Assembly: GCA_008632985.1 (NCBI GenBank)
Contig: QPGO01000064.1
Coordinates: forward strand, 62,001-126,000
Direction of reading: 5' to 3'
DNA: 64,000 bases
From: Psammoneis japonica
Lineage: Eukaryota
Part shown: positions 1 to 12,000 of the stretch, in pieces
Layout of the letters: each line of letters starts with the position of its first letter
Position numbering within the stretch: the stretch's first letter is position 1
Notes under the pieces: generated by a model
The model's database searches: none
Seen by the model: only the letters and a program-made list of their open reading frames with translations
Told to the model about the DNA's origin: nothing
Position numbers and translations under genes: made by a program

Positions 1-654
1 CGTAAGTTCTTCCTGAGGTTTTCGGCGAATCGCTTCAATTTGTTCTCGAAGTCTCGCGGCCCGCAATCGAGACTGCGCATTCTTTCGGTTCCTCCGATCG
101 TCCATGGTCTGCGCCTTGGTCCTGCGTCGTTTTGCCGGAGGAGGCTTGAGCGATGCTTCTGCCTCTGGGGGTAAGCCAGCTACATCAGGAGGAGGAACTC
201 CGGGAGCCCCTTCTTCGTACCTCGATGCATCTTGATAAAACGGAGGCAAATGTGACGGGTAAGGAGCATATCCACCATGAGGAGCATGTCCCTGAGGAGG
301 CGGAGGATATGGAGCATACATTGGGTACGGTGGTGGAGCTCCAGCACCATAAGGCTGAGGAGGCCACCCCGGAGGATAACGTGGCGCATGCAAGCCGGGA
401 GGAGGATACCCCGGTAAACCCGCAGCAGCGGCAGCAGCAGCCGATCCAGGAGGATACATTCCGGCGGCAAAGGCTGCAGCTTGATGATGTTGTTGAGCAG
501 CAGCGGCGGCAGCACTTGCAGCACTAGGAGCCGCAGAAGTAGTAGCAGCAGCTGCGCTTCGTTTCGGAGCTGAAGCAGTAGCAGCAGAAGTAGCAGCGAC
601 TGGAGCTTCCGCCGTCTTTTCTTCTTCCCCTTGATCCCCTTTGTTGCTACTCAT
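1..654 (-). CDS. Ala/Pro/Tyr-rich protein with basic bZIP-like region, probable transcription factor (runs off the window start)
   Basis: ATG at 654, open to the window edge and absent from the ORF track because there is no stop. Reads MSSNKGDQGEEEKTAEAP, poly-Ala, YPP-rich tract, then PPAKRRRTKAQTMDDRRNRKNAQSRLRAARLREQIEAIRRKPQENL. Confidence 0.75.
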   Translation of the reverse strand, partial: MSSNKGDQGEEEKTAEAPVAATSAATASAPKRSAAAATTSAAPSAASAAAAAAQQHHQAAAFAAGMYPPGSAAAAAAAGLPGYPPPGLHAPRYPPGWPPQPYGAGAPPPYPMYAPYPPPPQGHAPHGGYAPYPSHLPPFYQDASRYEEGAPGVPPPDVAGLPPEAEASLKPPPAKRRRTKAQTMDDRRNRKNAQSRLRAARLREQIEAIRRKPQEELT

Positions 655-1492
655 CGCTTATACGTTCTTATTGCACTCGTTCCTACACTCAGGCGGCAAT
701 TGTCATAGTCTCGCTCTTCTTCGTTGTATACATTTATTTATAGATGATTTTGATTGCTTTCCCCAAATCCGTTTTTTCTCTCTCTGTATTTTCCCCGTGC
801 AGAACGAACCAACCTTGGTAACCCCGGCAATCCAATTGCTCGAGACCCCGGTGATGATGTTACTCTGCACAACTACACTCAACAGAGAGAAAGAGAGTTG
901 TGTGTGTGTGTGCTGTTGTTGCGGTTGTTGCGGCGTGTTGGATGCACTGCACAAACGCGGGATCGCCCGTTCCGCCACGCCTCACGATTTATATAAATAT
1001 TCATAACAATATATGCGGTTACAAAAATTCGAGCGCCAAACGGCGAGCGTTATCCGTTGAATATACATACTTGATGAAGTCATAAAATTATCAAATTTAT
1101 TTTTCAAATATTCAAGTATATATTCTAAGCACACAAATGACAGTTTAAATACTTAACAAGAGAGTTCGCCAAGCATTCTCAAACATATAAGAAGTGTGAA
1201 AGGAAATATTTAAATGCTATTCAATGACAAAGGTTATTCATTTATTATGCCTTTCTCGAGCTATCACTTTGCGTTTACTCTTCACCTCCCTGGGCGAGGC
1301 TGCTCGGACCAAAATTTGACGGGCGCGCCAAAATTGTCAAACAAAAAATTTGAAGAGACACGAAGAGTTCCGAATGCTCCTTGATCGTGATCTCATTGCC
1401 TGGTTGCCTTCTACCGGTACCCAATAGGAATCATTCGGGTCCTCAGAGTCATCACGTAGAAATTGTGTAGGACAGTACCAAAAATAATTATA

Positions 1493-2020
1493 ATGAGTCT
1501 GTCCATCAGTCCGTGTGTGAATGTCAACTTCTCGGGAAATCAATTGAAATGCCATCTGATCGACGGTGTTTTGATTCACATGGTGAAGGCCAATGCCGTC
1601 AATCAGATGGCATTTCAATTCAGTTCCCGAAAAGTCATTAGCTCCAATCACTCTCTTGTGTGACATTGTGTGCATTTCTGCGCAATTTTGTGTTTTTCCC
1701 CACGCAAAATGTCAATTGTGACTCATGCGACATTTTCGAATGACTCCTGTTGGCATCTTCTCGTGACGTGTCGTCGAGTGGTGATGTCGGTCGGTGCCAA
1801 TGCTCGTTGGAGGAGCATTCTCTTGTTTCTGGTCATGTTTCATTCACGCTGTTGTGCATCCAAAATGGACTCTGCATTCTCTGGAGATGCCATTCCTGAG
1901 CTGCTGGCTGCACAGCTGGTGACACACAAGAGGGAAAGGCCGGCCCTGCCCCCGCCAAATGGGGCAGAGAGCCAAAGCCCAAAAAGTTTTTCATGGAGCA
2001 CCCTCCTGCACTCCTTTTCC
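1493..2020. other. Small TpA-depleted patch with CpG retained
   Basis: One TA (1639) in ~530 bp. About 14 CG remain in 1641-2020 by manual count. Confidence 0.75.
1532..1630. repeat. ~100 bp imperfect palindrome
   Basis: tcgggaaatcaattgaaatgccatctgatcgacgg (1532-1566) pairs with 1596-1630 with 3 mismatches. The centre ttcac-atg-gtgaa also pairs. Confidence 0.9.
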
Positions 2021-2630
2021 TAACTGCAGCAATCACAATGCTTTCATGATGGAGAGAGAGATGCTTTACTAGCTTCAGGTAGTGGGGGATTGCGAGTGTA
2101 GGACAAAACACGACCGGGTTCTCTCTACATGCAGTGCGGTGGACGGTGGCGGCTTGAACATGCTTGTGCGATTACGCGCGTTGTGGATGCGCGACACGGT
2201 TCACCCGGGAATGGGAAGCGAGCAAGCACTCTAGTCCCGAGAGTCCGTCCATCGTACGTATAACACGTCAGCAACAAATTTCAAAATAAATAAATCGCAC
2301 CCCGCCACTTCCCGCCATTTTTGTCGAGGATGTCGATTCCATAAATTCCAATCAACGGGCATTTTGGGTCTTGCATGGGGTAATCGCTTTCTTTCAGCTT
2401 TTGTCTTGCGTCCACATTGAACGGCAATACTCCATTATCATTGTATTCGTATCATTAGAAAATTTGCATGCATTCATTGGGAGTCGCCAGTCGTGTCCCA
2501 TGACCTCTGCCGATCTCTGCCACGCAATTAGACCACCTCTACTACTGTTCGCTTTTCACCTTCTGCCAGCACCAGTATGGTCTCATTCTTGTTGCAAATT
2601 CGAAAGTCACACCAACAGAGCATCAACGGC

Positions 2631-3584
2631 ATGTGGAAAGTAATCGCTCTGCTTATCGTTGTATGTTTCTCTGCCGTTGGAGGCATGTACATAGAGCCGG
2701 ATGAGTTTTACGCAAATCTCACCAACAACGTGCTCGACTTGGTTATTGACGTGCGCTCCCAAGCAGAGTGGGACCGCGGACACATTGAAGGAGCCACCCA
2801 TGTCGAGGCGCTTCAAAGCGCAGCGACTTTGCCTTCCATTATAGATGGATGTCAAGGAAACTGTCGTGAAATTGTAGTGTACTGCCGAACGGGCAGTCGA
2901 GCACAAGGTGCGATTGACAAGTTGGTGGGTGAATTCGGATTCATGGGGAACATTTACAACGGATACGGCGTGCTCAGGTGGACGGGAGCTGGATACCCAT
3001 TGGTTACTGGAACGTCAGTCGATCCACCGTGCTCCATGAGCGATAGTGAGCCCTGCGCTGCAGTGGAAATATCGAGTGAAGTTCCCTCCAGCACTCCATC
3101 CGAGTCGCATTTTCCTTCGCAAGTCCCTTCCCAAGTCCCATCCATGGCTCCAAGCAGAGAATTGACTCTTGGTCCTCCTAATGACCAACCCCTAAGTGAC
3201 CTTACCCTTGGAGGCAACAACGGATTACCAACTGGAGGATCAGGCGGAGAAGAATTGACGCTCGGTCCTCCCACACGAAGACTGTCAGTGTCAAATGGCT
3301 TGATGGCGAGTGAAGTTCCCTCCAGCACTCCATCCGAGTCGCATTTTCCTTCGCAAGTCCCGTCCATGGCTCCAAGCAAAGAATTAACTCTTGGAGGTGA
3401 TAACGGAATACCAACTGGAGGATCAGGAGGAGAAGAATTGACGCTCGGTCCTCCCACACGAAGACTGTCAGTTTCAAATGGCTTGCATGACGAGGCTGAT
3501 GTAAGTGGAGCTTCTCTTCAAATGCCATTTGGTCTTGTCCAGATGGTTCTCTGTGTTGCTGCCGGTGCCTTGATATTGGCCTAA
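2631..3584 (+). CDS. Secreted or surface-anchored rhodanese-domain protein with Ser/Pro-rich duplicated tail
   Basis: Signal peptide MWKVIALLIVVCFSAVGG, VIDVRSQAEWDRGHIEGA, active-site loop VVYCRTGSRA, PSxxPS repeats, hydrophobic C-terminus resembling a GPI signal. Confidence 0.85.
   Translation: MWKVIALLIVVCFSAVGGMYIEPDEFYANLTNNVLDLVIDVRSQAEWDRGHIEGATHVEALQSAATLPSIIDGCQGNCREIVVYCRTGSRAQGAIDKLVGEFGFMGNIYNGYGVLRWTGAGYPLVTGTSVDPPCSMSDSEPCAAVEISSEVPSSTPSESHFPSQVPSQVPSMAPSRELTLGPPNDQPLSDLTLGGNNGLPTGGSGGEELTLGPPTRRLSVSNGLMASEVPSSTPSESHFPSQVPSMAPSKELTLGGDNGIPTGGSGGEELTLGPPTRRLSVSNGLHDEADVSGASLQMPFGLVQMVLCVAAGALILA
3074..3485 (+). repeat. Near-identical intragenic tandem duplication (3074-3302 vs 3308-3485)
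   Basis: SEVPSSTPSESHFPSQVPS...GGSGGEELTLGPPTRRLSVSNGL is encoded twice with near-identical DNA. Confidence 0.9.
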
Positions 3585-3749
3585 AGCGCAGGGTACACTA
3601 TTAGAATGCATGATTTCGAGAGAGAGTTTGGCTCTAGCACTGCCGTATGGTATTTCATAAGAGGCTCTCGCGTTTCGAAAATTTATAGTTTTTTTAAACT
3701 CTGTTAGATTCATATATGATACACTTTGTTTCAATTCGTGTTCTTTCTA

Positions 3750-6700
3750 GAGTTGCTGTTTGCGACTTTGGTTTCTTTTGGAGGTTAGGAGACAAGAAGC
3801 TGAGCCACCAGCAGGAGGAGCAGCGGGGGTGATGCCGGCCCTCAAAGTCTTAGCATGTGTCACGGACACCTTCAGCTGGTGCCCGATTGTCGGAGACACA
3901 CGCTGGAAAGAGTGCACTTCCAAGGACAAGAGGACAAGCACAGCGTGCGCCGAGGTGTTTGCCCACATGCTCCTCAAGAACAACTGCGATGTGTGGCATG
4001 CTGACTGCAAGAGCCGAAACAAGGACGGGACTTTGATGTCAGATTACAACGTGGAGTTGGCTGATGATGGAGGCCCGATGGACAAGAGGGAAGCAAGGAT
4101 TTGTGCAAGACCATCGTGCCAGACCTTGCGACAGCTGAGGAGAAGGACGACCAGGACAAGATCATGTTTGTGCTGCTCCAGAAAGATCCATGAGAGCCGT
4201 CAGAGGAAGGTGTGTCCGTGCAAGAACCAAAACAGAAGTTCAAGGACACAAGGGAAGAGTCTGTCATGGCACGCAATAGTCAAGAAGATCAGAGACAAGC
4301 CAAAGAGACTGCAGCGTGAGTCACAGCTCTGACCAAGGCAACAAATGTGCTTGTTGACATCCAAACGATGCGGGTGCATCCAGCAAGAAGAGAAAGGTTG
4401 TCAGGACACTCAAACACTTCATGGCAGCAAAGCCAAAAGACACAGACAGAGGCACAGGAAACACAAGAAGGCTCAGATGATGAAGATGAACACCAGGTCA
4501 ACTGTGCCAAAATCTGCGATTTGGAGTTGGTGGCGGTTTGGTCACGATCAACTCAGTGGCGACAACTTGCATTCACACTCATTGACGATCGATTGCAGCA
4601 GCAACATGCAATGAATGGATGGGAAAATGGGGACAATTGTTTGAGCAAGCAAGTCAACCAATTGACTTTGACTGCAAGGATTGAAAACGCACCCCAACAC
4701 TGCATTCGGTCATCACCTGGTTGGCAACAACAAGCCAAGTGAAATCCTGCAAAGCAACTTGTTCGGCATCGTGAACTGATCGAGTTGCAGCTCACTTGTT
4801 GGGATCAATGGCTGCTGTTTGTTGACATCTCTGGACATTTGTTGGTTTGTGTGGACATCAACTTGTTTTGATCACACTTGTTTGTGGCAAACAGGTGTGG
4901 TTCGTGTTGAATGGCAAAATGATTGTCACAAACAAATTTGTGTGCCGATGCTCACACACACCATCTGCAACATTGTCCACTGCTCCAACCACAAGACAAT
5001 TCATGGAAAAGGGCCTCTGATGTTGATGGTGGCATGGCTCAGCTCCCCACACACTGATGCTTGCCAAAAATGACTCCTTGTTGACCTCTGACTGTCCCTG
5101 CATTTGTCACAGTCTGTGCCAACCAGCTCATCATGCATCATGCAGCCCCTGAGCTCTGGAGAAAAAAGTTCATTCCATGGTGTGTCAACATCAGACTGAA
5201 ATTTCCAGCCAGGAATGCCCCATGCAAGCAAGCACCGTTCAAGAGCACAAGAGCCAACAACATTCAACAAGAGTTTTGCAAGCTTTTTGGCCTTGTCAGG
5301 CAATGTTGATCCTTGCCACTTAAAAAGCTGCTGTGCTTTTTCAGCAAGAGCAGAGGACAACCAACCAGCACCCCAATTGAGATGACACGTGTTTGTTGAG
5401 TGCCTCTCCTGCCTCCCCACAACATTTGAATGAACTCTCGCCAAGTCTGAGCACTCATCATCTGGATCAATCTTGAAGCTTGTTCTGTTTGGTGAAAGAG
5501 GGTCTTGGTGGAAACCTCTTTGCAAGCACACTGAAGCATGATGTTCTTGGCTCTGCAGTCATCCAATGGTGGTGCTTTCCTTTTGCTTGCCAGCTTCAAA
5601 GTGTGCATCAAGCACCCACATCCTTTGGACATTTCTTCAGGAGCTCCAAGCTTTTCTGCTGCCTTTTTGGCACCATTGTGGCACCCTTGCCATTGTGTCT
5701 TGGTGTCAAATGTGGTTGAAGGTCATGCCCTTCTTTGTGATTCTGCTTTTTTCAGCATGGCCGGCACTCCCAACTCTCTCAAGCACAAAACCCACCTCCT
5801 TGGGTTCTTTTTTTAAGATCTCAAAGGTCTGTTGGCTCTGGTGGTTGCTGCAGGCTGCATCAAAAACTTGAGACACTCAATGCAAACACTGCATCAAATC
5901 TCCTGCTGAGCTCACAATGACCTGGTCCACAGGTTGACTTGTGTGCTTTCTTTTGTCCACACATGTTGTCTTTCAAAGGCACCTCTTTTGTGCACTGCAC
6001 TGCCAACACTGCACAAACCAACAGGCTTTGCAGCCCCTGATGAAACTGCTGCAGTGTGTGCCCAAGTGGGTGTGCAAGCTCCACTCTGTCCATGTTGGTC
6101 TGCCCAAGCCACTCACAACATTTGGGCCCAAAAGAGAAAACAGCTGAGCTTCTGGCACAACACATCTTTGCTCTCCATTTTTGCAATTGCCTGGCTCATT
6201 GCATCATGTCCACCACATGCTCCAAAAGAGTTGCCAAGAAGGTGATGCTGATGTCTTCCTCTGAGTCAGAGCTGCTCACTTTTTTTCACACTTGCCTGGG
6301 AGTGAACTGAACAAAAACCTGCCTGCTCCAGATGGAGAAACACACCAAGTTCAAAGCACTGGTCAAATGTTGCCCTCCTCAGCTTCCATTTGTCTGGTGT
6401 TGCAAAGATTTTGTGGTGCTGATCTGACTGTTTGGAAATCAGGCCATTGTTGTGCCTTGCCCACATTTTCCTCCCCAAAGAATCTGTGCATGACTTGATG
6501 GCTTTTTCTTTGTTGGGCTCAAATGCCTTTTGAAAAGTGTTTGGTGGCTCTTTTTGTTTCACATTTGGGCTGGGCACCATTCTTCAATGTCTGCAGAGTG
6601 CACCCACCAGCAGCACAGAAAATCAACCACAACAACAAATTGGCCACTTTGTGAAGGAAAAAGTGACAACTTGGGTGGAGTGCTTGAGAGAGCTTTTGTG

Positions 6701-7600
6701 CTGCTCAGCACTTCCACTGCAGCCCACCCAGCACTGGAAAAAATGTTGAAACAAACACATGAGCTGCATGGCTGACTGTGTTCTTGCAACACACAACTCA
6801 AGTCTCCACTGTGGCTTTCTTCAAGTGAAACTTTGCTGGGGACAGCTTGGAGCTCCTGCCATGCTGAACTTTTTTGCTCAGTTGTCCTCCATGTCAAGCC
6901 AGTGGCATGGAAAATTAACCACAATGAAAAATTGGCCACTTTTTTGTTTTTGTGCATGGCAAGTGCAAACAAAAGTTTTCCTGCTTTGGGAAGTCACATT
7001 GGACAGATTGGATCTGCCTGCCAAGAATTTTCTTAACATGTTTGCAATGATTGCCAGCAGAGGCTGGTGCCCAGACAGGAGTGGCACCTGCTTTTTTGCA
7101 AAGCTGTGCAAGTGCTTGGTGCTGAGGACTTTGTCAGAGCTTCCACAAATGAGGGTGTCGTGGTCATCCAAACTGATCATTGGTTTGCCCTTGGCTGCTT
7201 TCTTGTGTGGTGCTTGGGGCAGTGCATGTCACATGCTGTCTCCATGTCCTCTTGCTGGTGTTTGTTACAACAAATGTGTTTGTGTTGCAACAAAGGCCAA
7301 AAGTGGGTTTCTTGGCTTGGCCACTGCCATCTCCAATTCAGCAAACTCCACCTGTTTCTTTGATCCACCAAACAGCTTCATGATTGTGGGTTTGTTTTGC
7401 CAACACAAACCAGCAAGAAGGAGTCCATTGCTTGAATGTTTGTGTTTGACAACTTTGGTTGTGCTCATTGTGGTGATGCATTGGGGTGTGTCCGTTTCAG
7501 TGTCGCTTGTCCATTTCGAGGCTCAGTGTCCTCAAGCCAACGGGTCAACCGTGCACCTGTCACGAGTCAACATCCCATGAGATTTGGGCAATCGACCACT
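3750..7600. mobile_element. TpA/CpG-depleted block 1: degenerate transposon relics (Plavaka-like transposase on minus strand, accessory ORF on plus strand)
   Basis: TA nearly absent and CG rare in the core. Remnant motifs AEVFAHMLLKNNCDVW (like EAFALLLLxNNYDxW) and ISKQSDQ. 6805-6880 is the reverse complement homologue of 10540-10620. Confidence 0.6.
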
Positions 7601-7852
7601 AGAATCAGAGTGATCTGCCCCATCTTGACCAAGGAGCAGCATGACACGAGCATCGAATCAACGTACCCATAAAGGCAAGTTGAGCATGTGTCCACGAATC
7701 AAAATCATAGCTACGGTTGTAGACGAAACTGTGGTTCGCGCACCTGCGACATCAAATAACTGAGTCTAAGGAAGGCGGGAATTGCTCATACTGTACGGAG
7801 TACTCTCTACATGAATGACTTTTTGCATATTTTTCCTTATGTTAATTATGTG

Positions 7853-8842
7853 CTAGCTAGCGTACGGTAGCAAATGTTTGGCCCACAAGTATTCGTGACA
7901 AGAGATGAGTTGCTTAGGTGGATTCGTTTCGCAAGGGCCGGGATAATTCATGTCCTGGAGCTCTTGCATGCATCCTACTTCGTGTTCCCCAGCACATCCT
8001 CCTATTTGAGACGCCTGAAGGCGAAAACCGGCTTCTTTGAGGAGCTTTAACAGCATTCCAAAATAGTACAGAGCCTCCTTTGTATTCAGCCAAAATTTGG
8101 ACACGTGAAATTCCATGGTAACTTGATCAATTTTGTAAAGCATGTTCGGATCTTCCAACAAAATATCTCTAGACAGTGCGTACTCACAGCCCTCACAATC
8201 CATTTTTAACACCGTAAGATGGTCCAACAGCAAAAGATTCATTACACCCGGGACACTGGACACCCACCACGTCTCGTTCTCCGGTGGGCCCGTCAGCGTG
8301 GTGGCACCAATCTTGTGAAAGGTCACTCCAGGGTCACCTTTATGGAGTTGACTCGAGTGGGTCACAGATGGATCGGCGGCAAAGCCGTGGCAATTCCACC
8401 CGTCCGACAACTCTTCGTCGAATTTATAACTGTCTTCAATCCCAAACGATATAAAGGTACAGTCGTCGTCCGCCGTGAAATTACAGAGACTCTTGCCACC
8501 ATACCGCTCTCCGCCCACCCATACGTTGTCGCATCTACCGTAATAGTGCCACACGTGTCGAGGTGTTTTGCGGAGCTCATCCGCATGGGCCTGGATGTAG
8601 GGGAGAATTTCTTGCATCGCTGTATCTTGCTGCTCATCAGACATGACGTGCCATATTCTGTCATCGACTTCGTTCTTTTTGTTTTCATTCGAGCGCTGTA
8701 CGGGAGCCCGTTCACTTAATTCGGAAAGCATGGCGAAAACAGAAACAGAAGCCTTGCTGTACTCGAGGAGGTAGAACATTTGCCCCGCACTCAAAATCGT
8801 CACAATGAGAACAAACACGGCGAGCTTCGTTCTGGCAGCCAT
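7853..8842 (-). CDS. Type II membrane SAM-dependent methyltransferase-like protein (Methyltransf_22/METTL24-like)
   Basis: N-terminal TM, YGGKSLC, ISFGIEDSYKFDEEL, VLKMDCEGCEY, QVTMEFH. Normal dinucleotide content. ATG at 8842 preferred over the upstream non-ATG start. Confidence 0.8.
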   Translation of the reverse strand: MAARTKLAVFVLIVTILSAGQMFYLLEYSKASVSVFAMLSELSERAPVQRSNENKKNEVDDRIWHVMSDEQQDTAMQEILPYIQAHADELRKTPRHVWHYYGRCDNVWVGGERYGGKSLCNFTADDDCTFISFGIEDSYKFDEELSDGWNCHGFAADPSVTHSSQLHKGDPGVTFHKIGATTLTGPPENETWWVSSVPGVMNLLLLDHLTVLKMDCEGCEYALSRDILLEDPNMLYKIDQVTMEFHVSKFWLNTKEALYYFGMLLKLLKEAGFRLQASQIGGCAGEHEVGCMQELQDMNYPGPCETNPPKQLISCHEYLWAKHLLPYAS

Positions 8843-9094
8843 GGTTACAGAGCACCTGGGTGTTTCCAGCACTTCTTCTCTTTCTCCGAAAAGGATCTCG
8901 CAATGTTGTGTGCTATTCCTATCATACGGTACAGTGCCGGCCGGTATTATGCTGTCGCTTTCGTTGTGTGGTGAGTGCAACCATCACCGTTTGAATTTTG
9001 AAGCGTGTTTGATAGAAAATCCAACTTTGTATGTTTTATATCAGAAATCTACTTATTCAGCAACTAATCTTTACATTGCAAATTCAAAAATTTA

Positions 9095-12000
9095 GCTGCT
9101 GTGCTGCCATCTGCCATGACATGCAACGATCATTTTTGATCATTTTTTGTCATGTAAAGAATGCATGTTGCATTGACAACATTCAAGAATTGAGCTGATG
9201 CTGCCTGCAGGGGGGGGGGGGGCTCTGGCTGAGCATGCCAAGGACTGCTTGCACACGCACAAACAACATTCTCAGGCCGGTTCTTTAAACTCAAATTTGA
9301 AACGGCATGATGGCCAAGCCAGTCAAAGGATGTGCACAAATCGTCTGTTGTCACCCCATGCGCCATGCACGCAGCCAACACGCTGAGTGTGCACGAGTGC
9401 ACATGTGCAGATGACAACAAAAGAAATTGTGCACCTGAGAGTTCAGTGCATCATCACCATGTGAAAGGCGGGACATTGTGTGGCGGCAGGCCCGGCACTG
9501 GCGCCTTTTTTGTTCTTCAGCAAGCTGCAAAAAATCCTGCAATGCACTGCTTTGTGGGCCAATCTCATGACCTTTTCAACTTTTCAAGCCTTGTGCTGCA
9601 TTTCTGCAAATCTGGCATGTGGCTCCACACCTCTGGCAGCATTTCTGTGTGCAAAAGGCAGAGCAAACCAGAGCCATCAGCCTGGCATCAACAGAGCAGC
9701 GGCGGTGCTGGAGAGTGCCATCACACAGGAAGCAATGCATGAGCCAGGTTGTGCTGGTTGCTCCAGAAAAGTGTGCATCATCTCCTGACATGAGGCATGC
9801 TCTCTTCATCATCCAGTCACACAGCTGCTGTGTTTCTCCAGATGAGTGTGTCCTGAAGTTGGCGCTCTTTGCACTGTGGCACCGCACACTGGCTCTGCCT
9901 GCCCCCCCCCCCCCCTGGCTGCACTGACCAGAGTGCTGCCTCTCTGGAGCAACACCACTCTTCCAGATGTCCATTGCTTTTGTCAATCATGTTCAATGAA
10001 TGCGCAGACAATGTGGGGAAACCTTCTGATGGTGAGGTCTTTGGCTCCTTTTTGCACTCCATTGAACATGGCATTGTGGACAAAAGTCAAAAGTTGTTTG
10101 AGTGGACACAGTCCAATGATTGCACACTGTAAAACCACACAAAATCATGCCAAAGTCATGCAGAAATGTGTGTGCATGACATGTGGTGGATGGAAAAACT
10201 TCAATGTCACAGCCCCACACTGTGAGGTCCCACCCTGAGCTGGAGCACATCTTTGGGAAGTGGGGCCACCTTGCAAGAACCTGTCTCATGGGTGCAAGGA
10301 AAAGACAGCCATGCCCCAGCGGCTCTGGTTCCCCCACATCATGCCACCAAAATCAATTGACTTGGCATGCTGGGGCAGAGTGGTGTTTTGACACATGATG
10401 ACAAAGAGCGCCAATCAGAGTGTTTGAGTCAAAGCATTCAAGCCATCATGGGGCCCTTCCATGTGGTGCTTTTCACACTGTGTCTTGATGCTGGCCAGCA
10501 TGCAAACCCCGCTGGACAAGGCAGCCTTGACAAAGAATGTCTCCGGGCAAAAGAGCCTGGCACAGCAGCTCCAAGCTGTCCCCCAGCAAAGCCTCACATG
10601 AAAAAAGCCAAAATGGGGACTTGAGTGGTTTTGCATGAAGAATCAACCACACAGCTCCTCTTGTGCTTGTTTCAACAAGTGCAAGAACAAGGCATGAGGG
10701 CTTCTCCAACTCACAGCTGAAGCAACAGGAAGTCAGATGCAAGAAGCCATGTGTTGAAACTTCCAACCTCCCTGGACAAGCCAGTCTGCTGCAGTTGAAA
10801 ATTTGTCAACAATTCATTGCTGACAATGCCCCCACAATGTCAACGACAAAAAAAAAACAAGGCTCCTGCCACTGGCTGAAGCCATCAAAAAGCAAAATGC
10901 TGCACCCACAGGTGGTCAAGCAAAGGATGCTTGCAAAAAGAGAGTGGCAGTGAGGAGCTTGGTGTGCTGCCTCACACAAGGAGAAGAAAGCAGCCACCAG
11001 AGGGTCAGGAAGACCTTAGGGCAGCAGTTGTCATTCCATGACAGGACACAGCTCCAACATTGCAATTTCAACTTTGGTCATGTCATTTGCAAGGCAACCT
11101 TGATGACAGCTCTCATCTGGATGCAGAGTGTCTTGCGACCAAACTTGGCAAGAGAGCACTGGTGCCAGCCAGTGCCCTGCCTCAATCACAACCACAAAAC
11201 ATTCCAAATGGGTCTGCAGGAAAATGTTTCATTGCAACATTGGCAGAGTTGCTTTGTGGGGGTCAAGATGTGCAAGTGGAGCTCAGAGAGGTTTGCAACG
11301 TGTTCCAAAGAATGGCCACTTTGCAGTGCAGCCACAGCGCAAAAGAAGCCAAGGAAATCATCAGGATCTCTCACTCAGAAGGAAGAGATGCCAAATCATT
11401 GTCCCGAGACATTCAACAAAGTGGCGCTGGGAGGAAACCTGAAGGTGCGCAAAAAAGGTGACCAGCATTGCCGTTGGTGAGGTCTTTTGGTCAAAACACC
11501 CAGACTCAAGAGCTCCAGAAGCAGCCGGTTCCTGTTGGGATTTCAAAGCATTCCAACTGATCTGTGCCAGTCTGGCCGATCCCAAAACTCACTGTGTGGA
11601 TTGCAAACACTGTTCTGCACCAATTGCCATGTCACCCTGCTTGTGCAGAAGCCAAAAGGTGAGCATGAACAGACCTGCCTTCATGGTGAGTTGCAAACAT
11701 GATTTCACCACCAGCACATTGCCAACAGTTGTCATTGTTGCTTTCACATCAACATTGTCTGCATGAGCTGTCAGTTGATTGGCCTCACATGTGCTGACCA
11801 CAAGGGATGAGGACAGCAGTTGGAAACCACACCACCTGATGCCACGTCAACTGCTTCATCAAAACCCTTGGCCTGCTTCATCCAACTCCACTGATGAATG
11901 GCTGTCATCATTGTTGGGTGAAGGACACAAACCTTCTTTGCATGACCAACCTTGTTGTGTTTCCAGCACTTGAGCTGCTTCTTCTCCTGTTGCACAAAGC

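Noticed and set aside
153..527. Plus-strand Glu/His/Gln-rich ORF and the 180-524 minus ORF
   Set aside because: Shadows of the minus-strand gene starting at 654.
1337..1500. QFLRDDSEDPNDSYWVPV resembling the end of a DUF6824 domain
   Set aside because: Too short, with no upstream GRG/GN motif, so it cannot be supported.
9209..9915. G run at ~9210 and C run at ~9902 as inverted termini
   Set aside because: The match barely extends beyond the homopolymers and there is no TSD.
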